From contig DASVST010000126.1 in assembly GCA_036387965.1 (NCBI GenBank), forward strand, positions 1 through 41,654: a stretch of 41,654 nt of DNA, read 5' to 3'. The notes under the pieces are model-generated. The model had not been told where the DNA came from. It worked only from the letters and a program-made list of their open reading frames with translations, and searched no databases. The stretch comes from Segetibacter sp. Its GTDB lineage: Bacteria; Bacteroidota; Bacteroidia; Chitinophagales; Chitinophagaceae. The position numbers and the translations under genes were made by a program. Positions 17,771 to 28,333 of the stretch are shown here, in pieces. Numbering within the stretch: position 1 is the first letter of the stretch; every line of letters begins with the position of its first letter.

Positions 17771-18289
17771 TTAGAGCCCCAGGTTGTTACGCCGCTCATT
17801 AAACCTGCTCACATCTTTACTGGTATTTTTTTCTTTAAGTTTTTCACTCAACTTCATTGTCTCGAATAAGTAAGACAGAATGTAAAAGATAATAAAGATG
17901 GCAAAAGATATATAACAGTATAACCTGATGCTTTGGGTATATGCCAGATCTTTTTCTTTCTCGTAGATGATGTTATCATAGACCTGGCTGTTCACGCTAT
18001 TTCTTATATCCATGTATACTTTCAAAGAATCCATTCTGCCGGTACTCCATTCTTCAAGCGGGTTGTATACCATAATGGTATCTCCCGCTACTGCTTGCAA
18101 CGATTTAGTATAGCCCTGTCTTGCACCAAGCTCTGCACTATAAACTCCTGAAAAATATATGATATCTAAAACGATGAGAATAGCAAGTGCCTTTCGCGCC
18201 ATCTTAGGTTGCATGAACGTGGCAAACGATAGCCCCGCTAGTATCAATGGTACCAACGCGATAATTAATCCAAGGGCTAATTGGTCCAT
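17771..18289 (-). CDS. Hypothetical membrane protein (about 3 TM segments)
   Basis: ORF track starts at 18343, but the ATG at 18289 follows an A-rich TAAACCAAAAC leader and opens the first TM helix. Confidence 0.7.
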   Translation of the reverse strand: MDQLALGLIIALVPLILAGLSFATFMQPKMARKALAILIVLDIIYFSGVYSAELGARQGYTKSLQAVAGDTIMVYNPLEEWSTGRMDSLKVYMDIRNSVNSQVYDNIIYEKEKDLAYTQSIRLYCYISFAIFIIFYILSYLFETMKLSEKLKEKNTSKDVSRFNERRNNLGL

Positions 18290-19044
18290 GTTTTGGTTTA
18301 ATGGGAGTTTAGGTTGGTATAGATGATGTTCATAAGCATACAATAGTTGCTTTTGTTAGGGTTGTGCATAGTTGTAGCTTGGTAGAGAAAGGATAAGTAG
18401 CAAACAATGATACCTATTACAAGTGAAGTTTGTATTATAAGAATGCAAAATATATATCCACAGTAATTTTACGTAGCGTGGATGGGATTTTTACGAGCAG
18501 CTTTTACATGTTTAAGAAAGAAACAAATCAGAAGCAAAGGATGAATACACTACACTACCATTCGATTTTTAGTTAGATGGATGAAAGGATGTTGATATAA
18601 TAGATGCTGTAATAATTATACTTTTCAGGCTTCACATTTGTATCTTTTACAGCTTGCAATCAAACAGGTTTGCTTCTGTTGGTATCTGGAGTCTTTTACA
18701 AAGCTTGTAACGGCTTATCTCAACACCTCTTATTAAAATATCATGAGTTCGCCATCTGTTTAGTTGAAAACTTCATGCGCAGGTAAGCATATAACTGTAA
18801 TTCGCTTGCAGTAATATGTGCCATTGTTTTTCCTAAACACAAGGTGAAGTACGAGAGCTATCGAACTAGGAGTCGTTATTAGATTTCTGCAACGTAACCC
18901 TCTGTCAAGTCTCTAAGATCTCCGCTTAACTATACAACATCCCGTGTGCTACTTTATACTACCGTTCAAAATATTTTACGTTCTTTTAACAAATGGTTAT
19001 ATATTGAACTCGAATAACTTATTTTAACTCCAAAACAAACACAC

Positions 19045-22000
19045 ATGAGAAGAATTGTTTCGAGTTTCTTACTGGCAATATTATGCTTTGCAATTGCAGG
19101 TAAGTCACAAGTCCTGCCCATCTCCGGCAAGGTCACAGATGAAAAAGGAGCGCCAATTCCTTCAGCATCTATTGTCATCAAAGGAAAAACTGCCTCAGGC
19201 ACTACTGCAGATGCCCAGGGAAATTTCAGAATCTCCGCATCAAGAGGAGACGTGTTAGTTATTTCTAGTGTCAATTTTGCTAACCAGGAAGTTACCGTAG
19301 GATCAAGCACTACGCTAAATGTTTCACTTGATCCTTCAAGTGGTACCTTATCTGAGGTAGTGGTAACCGCCATGGGTATCAGACGTTCTGAAAAGGCATT
19401 GGGGTATGCTGTATCCAAAGTTGATCCCGGTACTATGCTACAGAAATCCGAACCCAATATCCTAAACACACTTGCCGGTAAAGTCCCGGGTGTCGACATT
19501 AGGGCCGGCCAGGGTGCACCAGGTGCAGCTACCCGTATTCAGATTAGAGGTGTATCGTCTTTTACAGGTGGAGAACCTTTGATAATAGTAGATGGTGTTC
19601 CTTACAGTAATCCAATTGTAAATACCAGTAACCCATTTAGCGGCGGTGGTACTTACGGTTCTGGTCTAAACAACCTCGATCCCAACGATATAGAATCCAT
19701 AAACGTTTTAAAAGGTGCAGCCGCTGCATCACTTTACGGTTCAAGAGCAGCAAATGGAGTATTGTTGATCACAACAAAATCTGGTGCTCCTAAACGTGGA
19801 GCCAAGCCTCTTACAGTATCGTACAGGGCAGGGTATAGTATTGAGAAAATAGCTGACATCCCTGATTTTCAAAATTCATATGGCGCAGGCGCCAACTTTA
19901 GAGCGCAGTCTTCTAATGGTTCGTGGGGTGCTAAATTTGGTAAAGGCGTAATTTATGATGCAGGCGGCCAAATTATAGGCACATCTGCATCAGGAGTAGA
20001 TTCAATACCTGCTACAACCTGGGCTACAATGTTTGCTTCTTATCCGGAGCTTTTCCCTAATGGACGCCTCGCCTATAAAGCAAATCCTAACAATGTATCT
20101 TCTTTATTCAACACGGGTAGCCTTATGGAGCATTCTGTAGGCTTAAACGGTGGAGGAGGAAATTCACTTTTTAATGTCACTCTCTCCAACGTTGACCAGG
20201 AAGGGTATATAACGAACTCAAGCTACACTAAAAATAATGTTAGTGTGGGTGGACAAACTACAGCAGGGAGCCTTACTGTAGGGGCAAATGTTTCGTATGC
20301 AAGGTCTAAGCAAATAGGTGGTTTCATCGGAGCTGCGCAAAGCTTCTTATCGCAGTGGGGTCGTACTTATACCATGGCGAGAAACTGGGATATTACAGGC
20401 TGGCCTTCGGAGGATAGAACGGGCAGACAAATTGGTTTTAACGACGGACAATATACCAACCCGGTTTGGGCGGCAAAGCACAACGTAATTACTACCATTG
20501 ATGATCGTATAGTTGCTAACGTAAGAGCTTCTTATAAATTTAGCGACAGGGTACGCGTTGACTTTAACGCCGGAGTAAATAATTACAGCCTCTTCCGCGA
20601 TCAAATTATTGATAAGTCTTCACTAGGAAGTGCAGACAATGTATTAGGTACACTTACAGAAGTGGTAAACAGGCAGCAAGAGATTCAGGGAAAAATAGTA
20701 GGTGTTTTTAGTCCAAAAATATTTGACAACTGGAGTCTTGACCTCACTTTAGGTAGTGACGTCAATGAAAGAACCAGCCGTGGCCAACAGGTATATGGTG
20801 TTGATTTTGTAATTCCGGGATTATTCAATCTGACAAATACCCGTCGTCAAGTTTTTAACAGTGACAGAAGATCAAAAAGGAGATTGGTGGGTGTCTTCGC
20901 AGACGCGAGTTTAGGTTATAAGAACTTTGCATTTCTTAACCTGACAGGCAGAACGGACCTTACTTCTACACTTCCATATAAAAATGCACAATACTTTTAC
21001 CCCGGTGTTTCAGGATCACTCGTTTGGTCAGATGCTTTTGGCCTCAAATCTAACGTTTTGGATTACGGTAAGTTTCGTGCCGGATATGCCCGTGTAGGTA
21101 ACGATGCAGGACCCCATAATGGTGAAGCTATATTTGGTTTAAATGCTCTTGGTTTCCTTGGTCAGCCTTTGGCTGCCCGGGGTGGTTCAAGCTTCGATAC
21201 CGAACTTACCCCTGAATTTACAACAGAATTGGAGATGGGTACTGACATGCGCTTCTTTAAGGGCAGAATTGGCCTTGAAGCAACATGGTATGACAAAAGA
21301 TCAACAGACTTAATTTATTCACTAAATCTGCCCCAAACTACAGGTTTCAGCTCTTTTTTCACCAATCTTGGTGAAATACGCAATACAGGATGGGAACTTG
21401 CATTGGATGTTAAACCTGTTAGTACTAAGAATTTTGAATGGAACGTACGTGGAATATTTACAAAGAACAGGAATACTGTAGAAAAACTTATAGCTGGTCT
21501 TACCAGGGCGCAACTCGGTGGATATAACTGGATCGAACCAGGAAAACCTTATGGATACCTACGTGGTTCTTTCTCGGCCCGTGATAGTGCAACTGGTCAA
21601 TTGCTGATCAATTCAGTTTCCGGTATGCCGTTCCTTGATCCTAACGACGGTATGGTGGGAGACCCAAATGCTGACTTTAAACTAGGCCTCACCAACACCG
21701 TTTCCTTTAAAGGGTTTGAATTGAGTGTGCTGTGGGATATGACGAAAGGTGGTGATTTCTATTCTGAAACCATTAACGGTATGTTAGGAAGAGGTGTAAC
21801 AAGAGATACAGAAGATAGGGAAAAGAATCGCGTTATCACTGGTCTTTATGGTAACCCAACTCCGGTTCCGGGTGCTGATGGCCAAAATCATTATACGCCT
21901 ATGTTGTCTGGTGGCAAACCTATTCCTAACCAAACTAGGGTAACTACCAATGATCTGTTTTTTACTGCAGGCACTGGTGCCAGCTTTGCAACAAACGGAG

Positions 22001-22278
22001 CATTTGAATATTCAGTTTTCGACGGTACCGTTTACAGGTTGAGGGAAATTTCTCTTGGGTATGGGCTGCCTAAGAGTTGGATTAGCAAACTAAAATTGAC
22101 TGACGTAACCTTGTCTGTGAGTGGCCGTAACCTTTGGTTCCTTGCACCAAATGTTCCTAAATACACCCGCTTCGATCCGGATATCAACTCAGTAGTTGGT
22201 GCTGGTACGCAAGGTGTTGAAACCGGTGGTGCTCCAAGTACTAAACGTTACGGTATCAACTTAAACGTAGTATTCTAA
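19045..22278 (+). CDS. susC: SusC/RagA family TonB-dependent outer-membrane transporter
   Basis: Signal peptide, N-terminal extension domain, LSEVVVTA TonB-box region, DIESINVLKGAAAASLYGSRAANGVLLITTK plug motif, C-terminal Phe. Confidence 0.96.
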   Translation: MRRIVSSFLLAILCFAIAGKSQVLPISGKVTDEKGAPIPSASIVIKGKTASGTTADAQGNFRISASRGDVLVISSVNFANQEVTVGSSTTLNVSLDPSSGTLSEVVVTAMGIRRSEKALGYAVSKVDPGTMLQKSEPNILNTLAGKVPGVDIRAGQGAPGAATRIQIRGVSSFTGGEPLIIVDGVPYSNPIVNTSNPFSGGGTYGSGLNNLDPNDIESINVLKGAAAASLYGSRAANGVLLITTKSGAPKRGAKPLTVSYRAGYSIEKIADIPDFQNSYGAGANFRAQSSNGSWGAKFGKGVIYDAGGQIIGTSASGVDSIPATTWATMFASYPELFPNGRLAYKANPNNVSSLFNTGSLMEHSVGLNGGGGNSLFNVTLSNVDQEGYITNSSYTKNNVSVGGQTTAGSLTVGANVSYARSKQIGGFIGAAQSFLSQWGRTYTMARNWDITGWPSEDRTGRQIGFNDGQYTNPVWAAKHNVITTIDDRIVANVRASYKFSDRVRVDFNAGVNNYSLFRDQIIDKSSLGSADNVLGTLTEVVNRQQEIQGKIVGVFSPKIFDNWSLDLTLGSDVNERTSRGQQVYGVDFVIPGLFNLTNTRRQVFNSDRRSKRRLVGVFADASLGYKNFAFLNLTGRTDLTSTLPYKNAQYFYPGVSGSLVWSDAFGLKSNVLDYGKFRAGYARVGNDAGPHNGEAIFGLNALGFLGQPLAARGGSSFDTELTPEFTTELEMGTDMRFFKGRIGLEATWYDKRSTDLIYSLNLPQTTGFSSFFTNLGEIRNTGWELALDVKPVSTKNFEWNVRGIFTKNRNTVEKLIAGLTRAQLGGYNWIEPGKPYGYLRGSFSARDSATGQLLINSVSGMPFLDPNDGMVGDPNADFKLGLTNTVSFKGFELSVLWDMTKGGDFYSETINGMLGRGVTRDTEDREKNRVITGLYGNPTPVPGADGQNHYTPMLSGGKPIPNQTRVTTNDLFFTAGTGASFATNGAFEYSVFDGTVYRLREISLGYGLPKSWISKLKLTDVTLSVSGRNLWFLAPNVPKYTRFDPDINSVVGAGTQGVETGGAPSTKRYGINLNVVF

Positions 22279-22302
22279 TTATAAAGTAAAACCTCAAAAA
22301 TC

Positions 22303-23982
22303 ATGAGAAGGAAATATTTCATATACACTTTTGCAGCGTTGGCTATACTAGCGACAGCGGGTACGGGCTGCAAAAAATTCCTGGATGTAAATAAAAACCC
22401 TAACGACCCAACACCTTCCTCGGTGGCATTAGGATTTGTACTAAGTGCGGCGGAACGTAACATTTCAGACAACATTGCTTTAGGTTCTGGCCTTGGCACC
22501 ACAATGGGAGTGTACACTCACCAGATAACAGGTCGTATAGGCGCTGACAGGTATGGCGCAGGTTCAGCTGGCTGGAATGGTATGTACGCTGCTATTTCGA
22601 ATTTAAATGTAATAATCAATCGTGGTACTCCTGAAAGCCGTTTTAAGTATGTTGGAATTGCCAAAGTGCTTAAGGCTTATACCTTTAGTATTCTTGTTGA
22701 TGTTTACGGAGACGTTCCGTTTTCTGAATTTGATAGATTTGCAGAAGGAATAACACAGCCGAAATTTGATAAGGGTGCTGACATCTATCCTAAGCTTTTA
22801 ACAATGCTGGATGAGGCGATCGCTGATCTAACTAATCCAGCTATCAATCCATCGTCACCGGGTGCTGATGATTATATCTACAAAGGTAATGTGACCAACT
22901 GGGTTAAGGCAGCAAATACGCTCAAGCTAAAATTATACACCCAGGTTAGACTTGTTCAGGATGTAAAAAGCCAGGTTACAGCGTTGTTAGCTAACCCTAG
23001 TAGCTTAATCAACACACAGGCTGAAAGCTTTATGATGCCTTATGGTCCCATAGGTGCCACTGACGACAGGCATCCTGCTTTCGGCGATTATAATGCAACC
23101 CAGCGCGGCGGACAGTTATTCAGCCCTTGGATGTACGAGATCATGAAAGGAAGAAACCCGGATATCTTAACCAACTTGCCTGATCCACGTCTTCCTTATT
23201 ATGTTTATAATCAAAGATCTGGTCCTGGTGGGCCAAACCCAGGTCAGGAAAACTGTACAGAGTTTCGCGATGGAGGATTTGTATCTATAGTGTTTGGTTC
23301 AAGCGGTCCTTGCCGTGACGGTTCAAATAGCCTGACTTACTCTTTGTTGGGAGTTTTCCCTGCAGGTGGTAGGTTTAATGATAGTACGGCAAGATCTATC
23401 ACTGCAATTGGTCCCCAAAATTCAGGAACAGGCGCCCGGCCTCATGAATTTATTACTTATGCTGATCGTTTATACCTTGAAGCAGAATTAATCCACGCAG
23501 GTTTAGCCCCTGGCGATGTACGAGCTGCGTTCAGTAAAGCTTTGGATGCGTCGTTCGGGCACGTGGATAATGTAGTATCCAACTTTGTAAAACCAGGTTC
23601 TGCTGGTGCAGCACAAACGGTTCCTTTAATTGCTACATTACCTGCTACGACTACCTATAAAACAGGTGTACTCGCAGCTTTCGATGCAGCAAATACAGCA
23701 AAGAAACTTGAACACATTATGACTCAGAAGTGGATCAACAGGATTGAGAATCCGGTTGATAATTATACCGATTATAGGAGAACTAAGTACCCTGTATTGT
23801 TTGCACCTGCTCCCGAAGGAACTGTTACAAGTGTAACCGATACAAGAGGTACTGTAACGCCGGTATCGAACGACAGAAAGTATCCATGGTCGCTTCCATT
23901 TAGCACTGGTGAGATAAGTTTGAACTCGAACGCACCTGCCCAAAAAGTACCTGAGTCGTATAAAGTATTCTGGCAGCCTTAA
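22303..23982 (+). CDS. susD: SusD/RagB family lipoprotein (SusD-like_2 type)
   Basis: Lipobox GTG-C, DVNKNPN, LVDVYGDVPFSE, DPRL, IMTQKWI, DYRRT.YP; directly after susC. Confidence 0.93.
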   Translation: MRRKYFIYTFAALAILATAGTGCKKFLDVNKNPNDPTPSSVALGFVLSAAERNISDNIALGSGLGTTMGVYTHQITGRIGADRYGAGSAGWNGMYAAISNLNVIINRGTPESRFKYVGIAKVLKAYTFSILVDVYGDVPFSEFDRFAEGITQPKFDKGADIYPKLLTMLDEAIADLTNPAINPSSPGADDYIYKGNVTNWVKAANTLKLKLYTQVRLVQDVKSQVTALLANPSSLINTQAESFMMPYGPIGATDDRHPAFGDYNATQRGGQLFSPWMYEIMKGRNPDILTNLPDPRLPYYVYNQRSGPGGPNPGQENCTEFRDGGFVSIVFGSSGPCRDGSNSLTYSLLGVFPAGGRFNDSTARSITAIGPQNSGTGARPHEFITYADRLYLEAELIHAGLAPGDVRAAFSKALDASFGHVDNVVSNFVKPGSAGAAQTVPLIATLPATTTYKTGVLAAFDAANTAKKLEHIMTQKWINRIENPVDNYTDYRRTKYPVLFAPAPEGTVTSVTDTRGTVTPVSNDRKYPWSLPFSTGEISLNSNAPAQKVPESYKVFWQP

Positions 23983-24008
23983 TTGTATTACACTTTAAAA
24001 AACACATT

Positions 24009-24581
24009 ATGAAACTGAGAAAAATAAATATATTGACAGCCATTGCCTTTGGTGCTGTTATCACGTTTGCAGGATGTTCAAAAGATGATGGAGCAATCCC
24101 TAAAAACATTGGGATAGAGGATGTTCCCGTTATAAGTATGAACTATGAAACGGCAAATGCTAATGTTCTGACAAAGACTATAACTTTTAGCACATCTGCA
24201 GCCTTTACTGATAATTTTAAAGCCACACAATATTTTCCAAATGCATTAGCACCAACAAAGATTGATATCTCTGTAAGAAAAGGCAATGTAGTTTCTACAG
24301 CTGCAACATTATCTATTGCAACACAAATTCCCAATACAAATGTTAAGACGTTCAAGGCCGATATAACCTCACTACCCGCCACTTTTACGATTACAGCTGC
24401 CGATATTACGACCTTGTTTGGGCCAATTTCTGCTAATGATGTTTATGATTTTGGACCGGATATTACCGTAAATGGTAAAAAATATAGTGCTTTCCCGGCT
24501 CAGTCTTACGGATCAGGATCAGGTCCGAATGGAATGAGTATCATCGGATTTGGTGAGTATGTACGGTATTGGTTTAAATGA
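24009..24581 (+). CDS. SusCD-associated surface lipoprotein
   Basis: Lipobox FAG-C with SKDD export signal; third gene of the susCD unit. Confidence 0.8.
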   Translation: MKLRKINILTAIAFGAVITFAGCSKDDGAIPKNIGIEDVPVISMNYETANANVLTKTITFSTSAAFTDNFKATQYFPNALAPTKIDISVRKGNVVSTAATLSIATQIPNTNVKTFKADITSLPATFTITAADITTLFGPISANDVYDFGPDITVNGKKYSAFPAQSYGSGSGPNGMSIIGFGEYVRYWFK

Positions 24582-24613
24582 TAAATCATACTGCCTGGTC
24601 TAGATCAAAAATG

Positions 24614-24636
24614 AAAGGAGCTTACAAGCTCCTTTT
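24614..24636 (+). terminator. Intrinsic terminator of the susCD operon
   Basis: AAAGGAGCTT-AC-AAGCTCCTTTT hairpin 33 bp after the stop. Confidence 0.75.
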
Positions 24637-24947
24637 GTCATTGTAAGCTTACGCTTAGAGAGGTTCTAAAAACTTCCAATTTCCTGTTGCTAAAAAAGTT
24701 CCCATACGAGTATCCTTGATTGATTGATTTGGTATGTGGACCCACTAGTATATGCACCTAGGACCACCTGATTATGTGAAGGCATTGAAAGCATTCTTTT
24801 TCACTCGTTTAAAGCGGTTTTGTTTTAATGAAATTTCGAAGTTGCAGCAAAAGTCTTCCTAACAATCTTTAAAAAGATACGTTTAGATCTTCAACTTCAT
24901 TGCGAGTCTCACTGTGAATTTGCCCCTATACTACCTCCGATTTTATA

Positions 24948-26582
24948 CTAAATTCTTCTTCCGGTATTGATAACATTGACACCGCTAAACTTCGTTGTTG
25001 CACAGCCATGCGATACTGCACTTGATTGACTCGGCTGACCTTTTCCATCATTGAAAGTTCCCCCAAAACGGTAATCTGTTTGATCACAAATTGCCGAACA
25101 CGAGTTCCAGAATTCCTGCGTGTTTGCCTGGTATGCCGCATCTCTAACCATTCCTGCTATTTGGCCATTTTTTATTTCATAACACAACTGGCTGCTGAAT
25201 TGAAAGTTATATCGTTGCTGATCGATAGAGTAAGAGTTGCGGCCAAACATGTATAATCCCTTCTCAATGTTTTTGATCATGTCTGCTGGCTTTAGAGGTG
25301 TGTTTCCAGGTTTTAAAGAAACGTTTGGCATCCTCTGAAACTGAACGCTGTTCCAACTGTCAGCATACGAACTTGCATGTGATTCATTCATTCCAAGTAT
25401 GTGAGCCTGATCCCTCGTAACCTGGTAGTTGACCAAAATGCCATCTTTAATTATATCCCAGCTTTTTGCTTTTACACCTTCATCGTCGTAGCCGATAGCG
25501 CCTAAAGATCCTGCCTGGGTTCGATCTCCAACAAAGTTTACCAGCTTATTTCCAAAGTTGAATTTTTTCGATTGCCACTTATCCAGGGTTAAAAAACTTG
25601 TGCCTGCAAAGTTTGCTTCGTAACCTAATACACGATCTAATTCTGTCGGGTGACCAACAGATTCATGAATGGTTAGGAACAAGTTTGATGGATCAATTAC
25701 AAGATCGTATTTGCCGGGTTCAAGAGGTTTTGCTTTTAGTTTTTCATCAAGTTGAAGTGCACCAAGTCGTGCATCCTCAATCATATCATAGCGGTTTTTG
25801 TACAAAGTAAATATGCCTTGTAATTCTTCTTTCTTATCAGGAATTAAGTATTCGTAACCCATACCGACAGGAGCACTCAGTGCATTTCTTGTCTCGAACT
25901 TACCTGATTGTTTATCAGTTTTTGTGAGTGTAAACGTTGGCCATAAACGATGAATATCCTGGTAGATATAAGAGCCATCCGTAGACGCAAAATACTTCTG
26001 CTCATTTACCTGGAAGAGTTGCGATGTTGCAAACGTTGCACCGTTCATTAGAGCAGCATTATTTACCGCAAGCAGCAGATCAATTTTATCCTTTAGCGGA
26101 ACTTCAAAAGCGTTTTTGATTATCGGTGTTTTCCAACTTACTTCGCCAAAGCCTTTTTGTGGCGCAAGTTTCACCGGTTCGTCAATAAGCTTTGCATTTA
26201 CCTGTGCAATGCGTACAGCAAAGGCCGCAGCTTTTGCAATGCCATCTGTTGTTAGATTATCTGTTGCTGCAAATCCCCACGAACCATTTGCAATTACACG
26301 AATCCCCATACCGAAAGATTCAGTATTTGAAATATTGTTTACCTGCTTTTCGCGTGTACCAATTATTTGGTTGAGGTATCGTCCGATACGCACATCAACA
26401 TAGGAAGCACCTTTAGATTTTGCTGCATTTAGCGCCACATCTGCCATCTGCTTTTTCAATGCAATATCAATCGGTGTCAAAGCTTTTTCAATGGTGATGT
26501 CTTTGCCGAAAACCGGGATAGATTGCAAAACGGTTGCACCCAATCCTAAGCCTGCGTATTGTAAGAAATCTCTTCTTTTCAC
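24948..26582 (-). CDS. tldD: TldD metalloprotease subunit, Tat-type signal (paralog 3, no adjacent downstream TldE)
   Basis: HESVGH metal motif, DDEG, QRMPN, DGKGQP; likely GTG start at 26582 gives MKRRDFLQ and 544 aa, the same length as paralog 2. Confidence 0.9.
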   Translation of the reverse strand: MKRRDFLQYAGLGLGATVLQSIPVFGKDITIEKALTPIDIALKKQMADVALNAAKSKGASYVDVRIGRYLNQIIGTREKQVNNISNTESFGMGIRVIANGSWGFAATDNLTTDGIAKAAAFAVRIAQVNAKLIDEPVKLAPQKGFGEVSWKTPIIKNAFEVPLKDKIDLLLAVNNAALMNGATFATSQLFQVNEQKYFASTDGSYIYQDIHRLWPTFTLTKTDKQSGKFETRNALSAPVGMGYEYLIPDKKEELQGIFTLYKNRYDMIEDARLGALQLDEKLKAKPLEPGKYDLVIDPSNLFLTIHESVGHPTELDRVLGYEANFAGTSFLTLDKWQSKKFNFGNKLVNFVGDRTQAGSLGAIGYDDEGVKAKSWDIIKDGILVNYQVTRDQAHILGMNESHASSYADSWNSVQFQRMPNVSLKPGNTPLKPADMIKNIEKGLYMFGRNSYSIDQQRYNFQFSSQLCYEIKNGQIAGMVRDAAYQANTQEFWNSCSAICDQTDYRFGGTFNDGKGQPSQSSAVSHGCATTKFSGVNVINTGRRI

Positions 26583-26674
26583 GATGATAATTTTGTGCAC
26601 TCAATATACGACCAATATTAGCGGGAGCTATTTTATGTGCTATAATTTATTTCGGCGGCGGTTGCTATATTTAT

Positions 26675-26907
26675 CGTCATTGCGAGGAGGAGGTACGACG
26701 ACGAAGCAATCTGCTTCTGCAATAGAGATGATTGAATAGGTGAATCGATGTGGTTTTTTGAGGAAGGTTCTAGAGTATAAAGCAGATTGCTTCGTCGTTC
26801 CTCCTCGCAATGACGTTCGCTCAACGTCATCCTGAATTCATTTCAGGATCTCTTGGTGTGCTTGTAGAATTTGGGCCAGGAGATGCTGAAACAAGTTTAG
26901 CATGACG
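26675..26907. repeat. CGTC-type REP cluster: two inverted doublets
   Basis: 26675-26716 and 26780-26815 (CGTCATTGCGAGGAGG...CGAAGCAATCTGC); 26825-26852 and 26880-26907 (CGTCATSCTRAA...TTTCAGSATCTC). Confidence 0.85.
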
Positions 26908-26939
26908 ATAGAATAAATAAGCTCCCAGTTGGATCGCAA

Positions 26940-26990
26940 GTTGAAGGGTGCGACGCAACGGGAGCTCAATAGATATTCAAATGCTGGTTA
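26940..26990 (-). repeat. Dispersed intergenic repeat with GTTGCGTCGCAC core (copy B)
   Basis: Matches 15196-15220 and 39840-39890; sits just after the tldE stop. Confidence 0.65.
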
Positions 26991-26997
26991 CAAAAAA

Positions 26998-28332
26998 CTA
27001 AACCGCATCTGATAAGGATGTAAAAGTAAAATCCCTAACCTTGATTGGTGGCAATAAATAATGCGCGGTAGATTCGCCACTTACGCAACGTTCCGGAATG
27101 CCCAATGCCTCAATGTTGTTGAGCATGATGATTGGGCTTTCGTTGAAGCGGAAGTTTTTTATGGGGAATTTAATTTGCCCATTTTCAATGTAAAAAGTTC
27201 CATCGCGGGTTAGACCGGTGAGCAATAATGTTTGTGGATCAACAGAACGGATGTACCAAAGACGAGTAACTAAAACACCTTTATCTGTGCCTTTGATCAA
27301 GTCTTCTAATGATTGTGTACCGCCTGCCATAATCATCGCATCGGGCTGGGGCACAGCAGCGACGTTTTGTTTCTGCGCCCAGTAGCGTGAGTAGTACATG
27401 TTCTTCATTACACCTTTATCTATCCATGTCATTTTCTTCTGTGGTCTTCCGTCGCCGCTCCATGTGCTTGTAGGAAGGTCTGGGTGTTGCGGATCAGAAT
27501 AGATTGTTACTCTTTCATCAACAAGTTTTTCGCCGAGCTTGGTTTTGCCGCCGGGCTTGCTTAAAAAGCTTCTGCCTTCATCGGCTTGCCTTGCATCTAA
27601 CCCGTACATAATATTTTCAAGCAGAACTGAAACCGCTGCGGGCTCAAGAATTACTGTGTATTTGCCGGGCTCGATTGCTTTTGCTGCGGAAGAGCCTGCT
27701 GCTTTTTGTGCAGCGCTTGATGTCGCTTTATTTACATCAAGCTTCTTAAAATCGTTGTATCCTTTTGATGCATAACCAGAACCTTTACCATCTTCAGTGC
27801 GAAGGGTTACATTGAATGCAACGTTTGTGTTTGTATTATAGGCAAACAAACCATGCGAGTTCATCATAGATGCAAAGCCTGCACTGTTTTCAAGAAAGCC
27901 TGCTGCAACTTGTTTGCTGTCCTTGGCAATTTTCAAACTCGTTGCAACCGCATCAGCACGATCTTTCGGTGTGATTGCTGCAGTTGATTCTACAAATGTT
28001 TTGGATTCCAAATATGTTTGCGGTCCTAAGAATCCAACAAACTCGGGGTTTTCAGGAGCAAGTTTCGCGAGGTCTTCAGCACGTCGTACAACTTTCTCAA
28101 GCGATGCATCATCAAATTCGTTTATAGTTGCGACCCCTGATTTTTTGCCAAATGCAGAAGAGACAACAAGTGTGCTTTGGCTAACACCACCGCTGGTGCT
28201 AACAGAGTTTCGGGCATAACGAATGTTTCCACCATCAGATCCGTAAAGGTTTGCTTCACATTCATCTGCCTTTGAATAGCTGAGTACTTTTTTTAATAAA
28301 GCTTGTGCTTCGTCTTTAGTTAGTAGTGGCAT
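26998..28332 (-). CDS. tldE: TldE/PmbA non-catalytic subunit (paralog 2), no signal peptide
   Basis: PGKYTVILEP, GLTRDGTFYIENG, NFRFNESP, FTFTSLSDAV; lacks HExxxH; starts 1 bp after the tldD stop. Confidence 0.9.
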   Translation of the reverse strand: MPLLTKDEAQALLKKVLSYSKADECEANLYGSDGGNIRYARNSVSTSGGVSQSTLVVSSAFGKKSGVATINEFDDASLEKVVRRAEDLAKLAPENPEFVGFLGPQTYLESKTFVESTAAITPKDRADAVATSLKIAKDSKQVAAGFLENSAGFASMMNSHGLFAYNTNTNVAFNVTLRTEDGKGSGYASKGYNDFKKLDVNKATSSAAQKAAGSSAAKAIEPGKYTVILEPAAVSVLLENIMYGLDARQADEGRSFLSKPGGKTKLGEKLVDERVTIYSDPQHPDLPTSTWSGDGRPQKKMTWIDKGVMKNMYYSRYWAQKQNVAAVPQPDAMIMAGGTQSLEDLIKGTDKGVLVTRLWYIRSVDPQTLLLTGLTRDGTFYIENGQIKFPIKNFRFNESPIIMLNNIEALGIPERCVSGESTAHYLLPPIKVRDFTFTSLSDAV

Positions 28333-28333
28333 A

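Noticed and set aside
24637-24947. Possible sRNA or 34-aa minus-strand ORF between the susCD terminator and tldD3
   Set aside because: Only weak pairing and no recognisable motif; cannot be supported without expression data
26491-26830. Short ORFs 26491-26739 (+) and 26633-26830 (-) with SLRGGGTTTKQS and RHCEEERRSNL peptides, considered as TldDE substrate peptides
   Set aside because: They are translations of the REP palindromes; the same peptides recur wherever the repeat occurs
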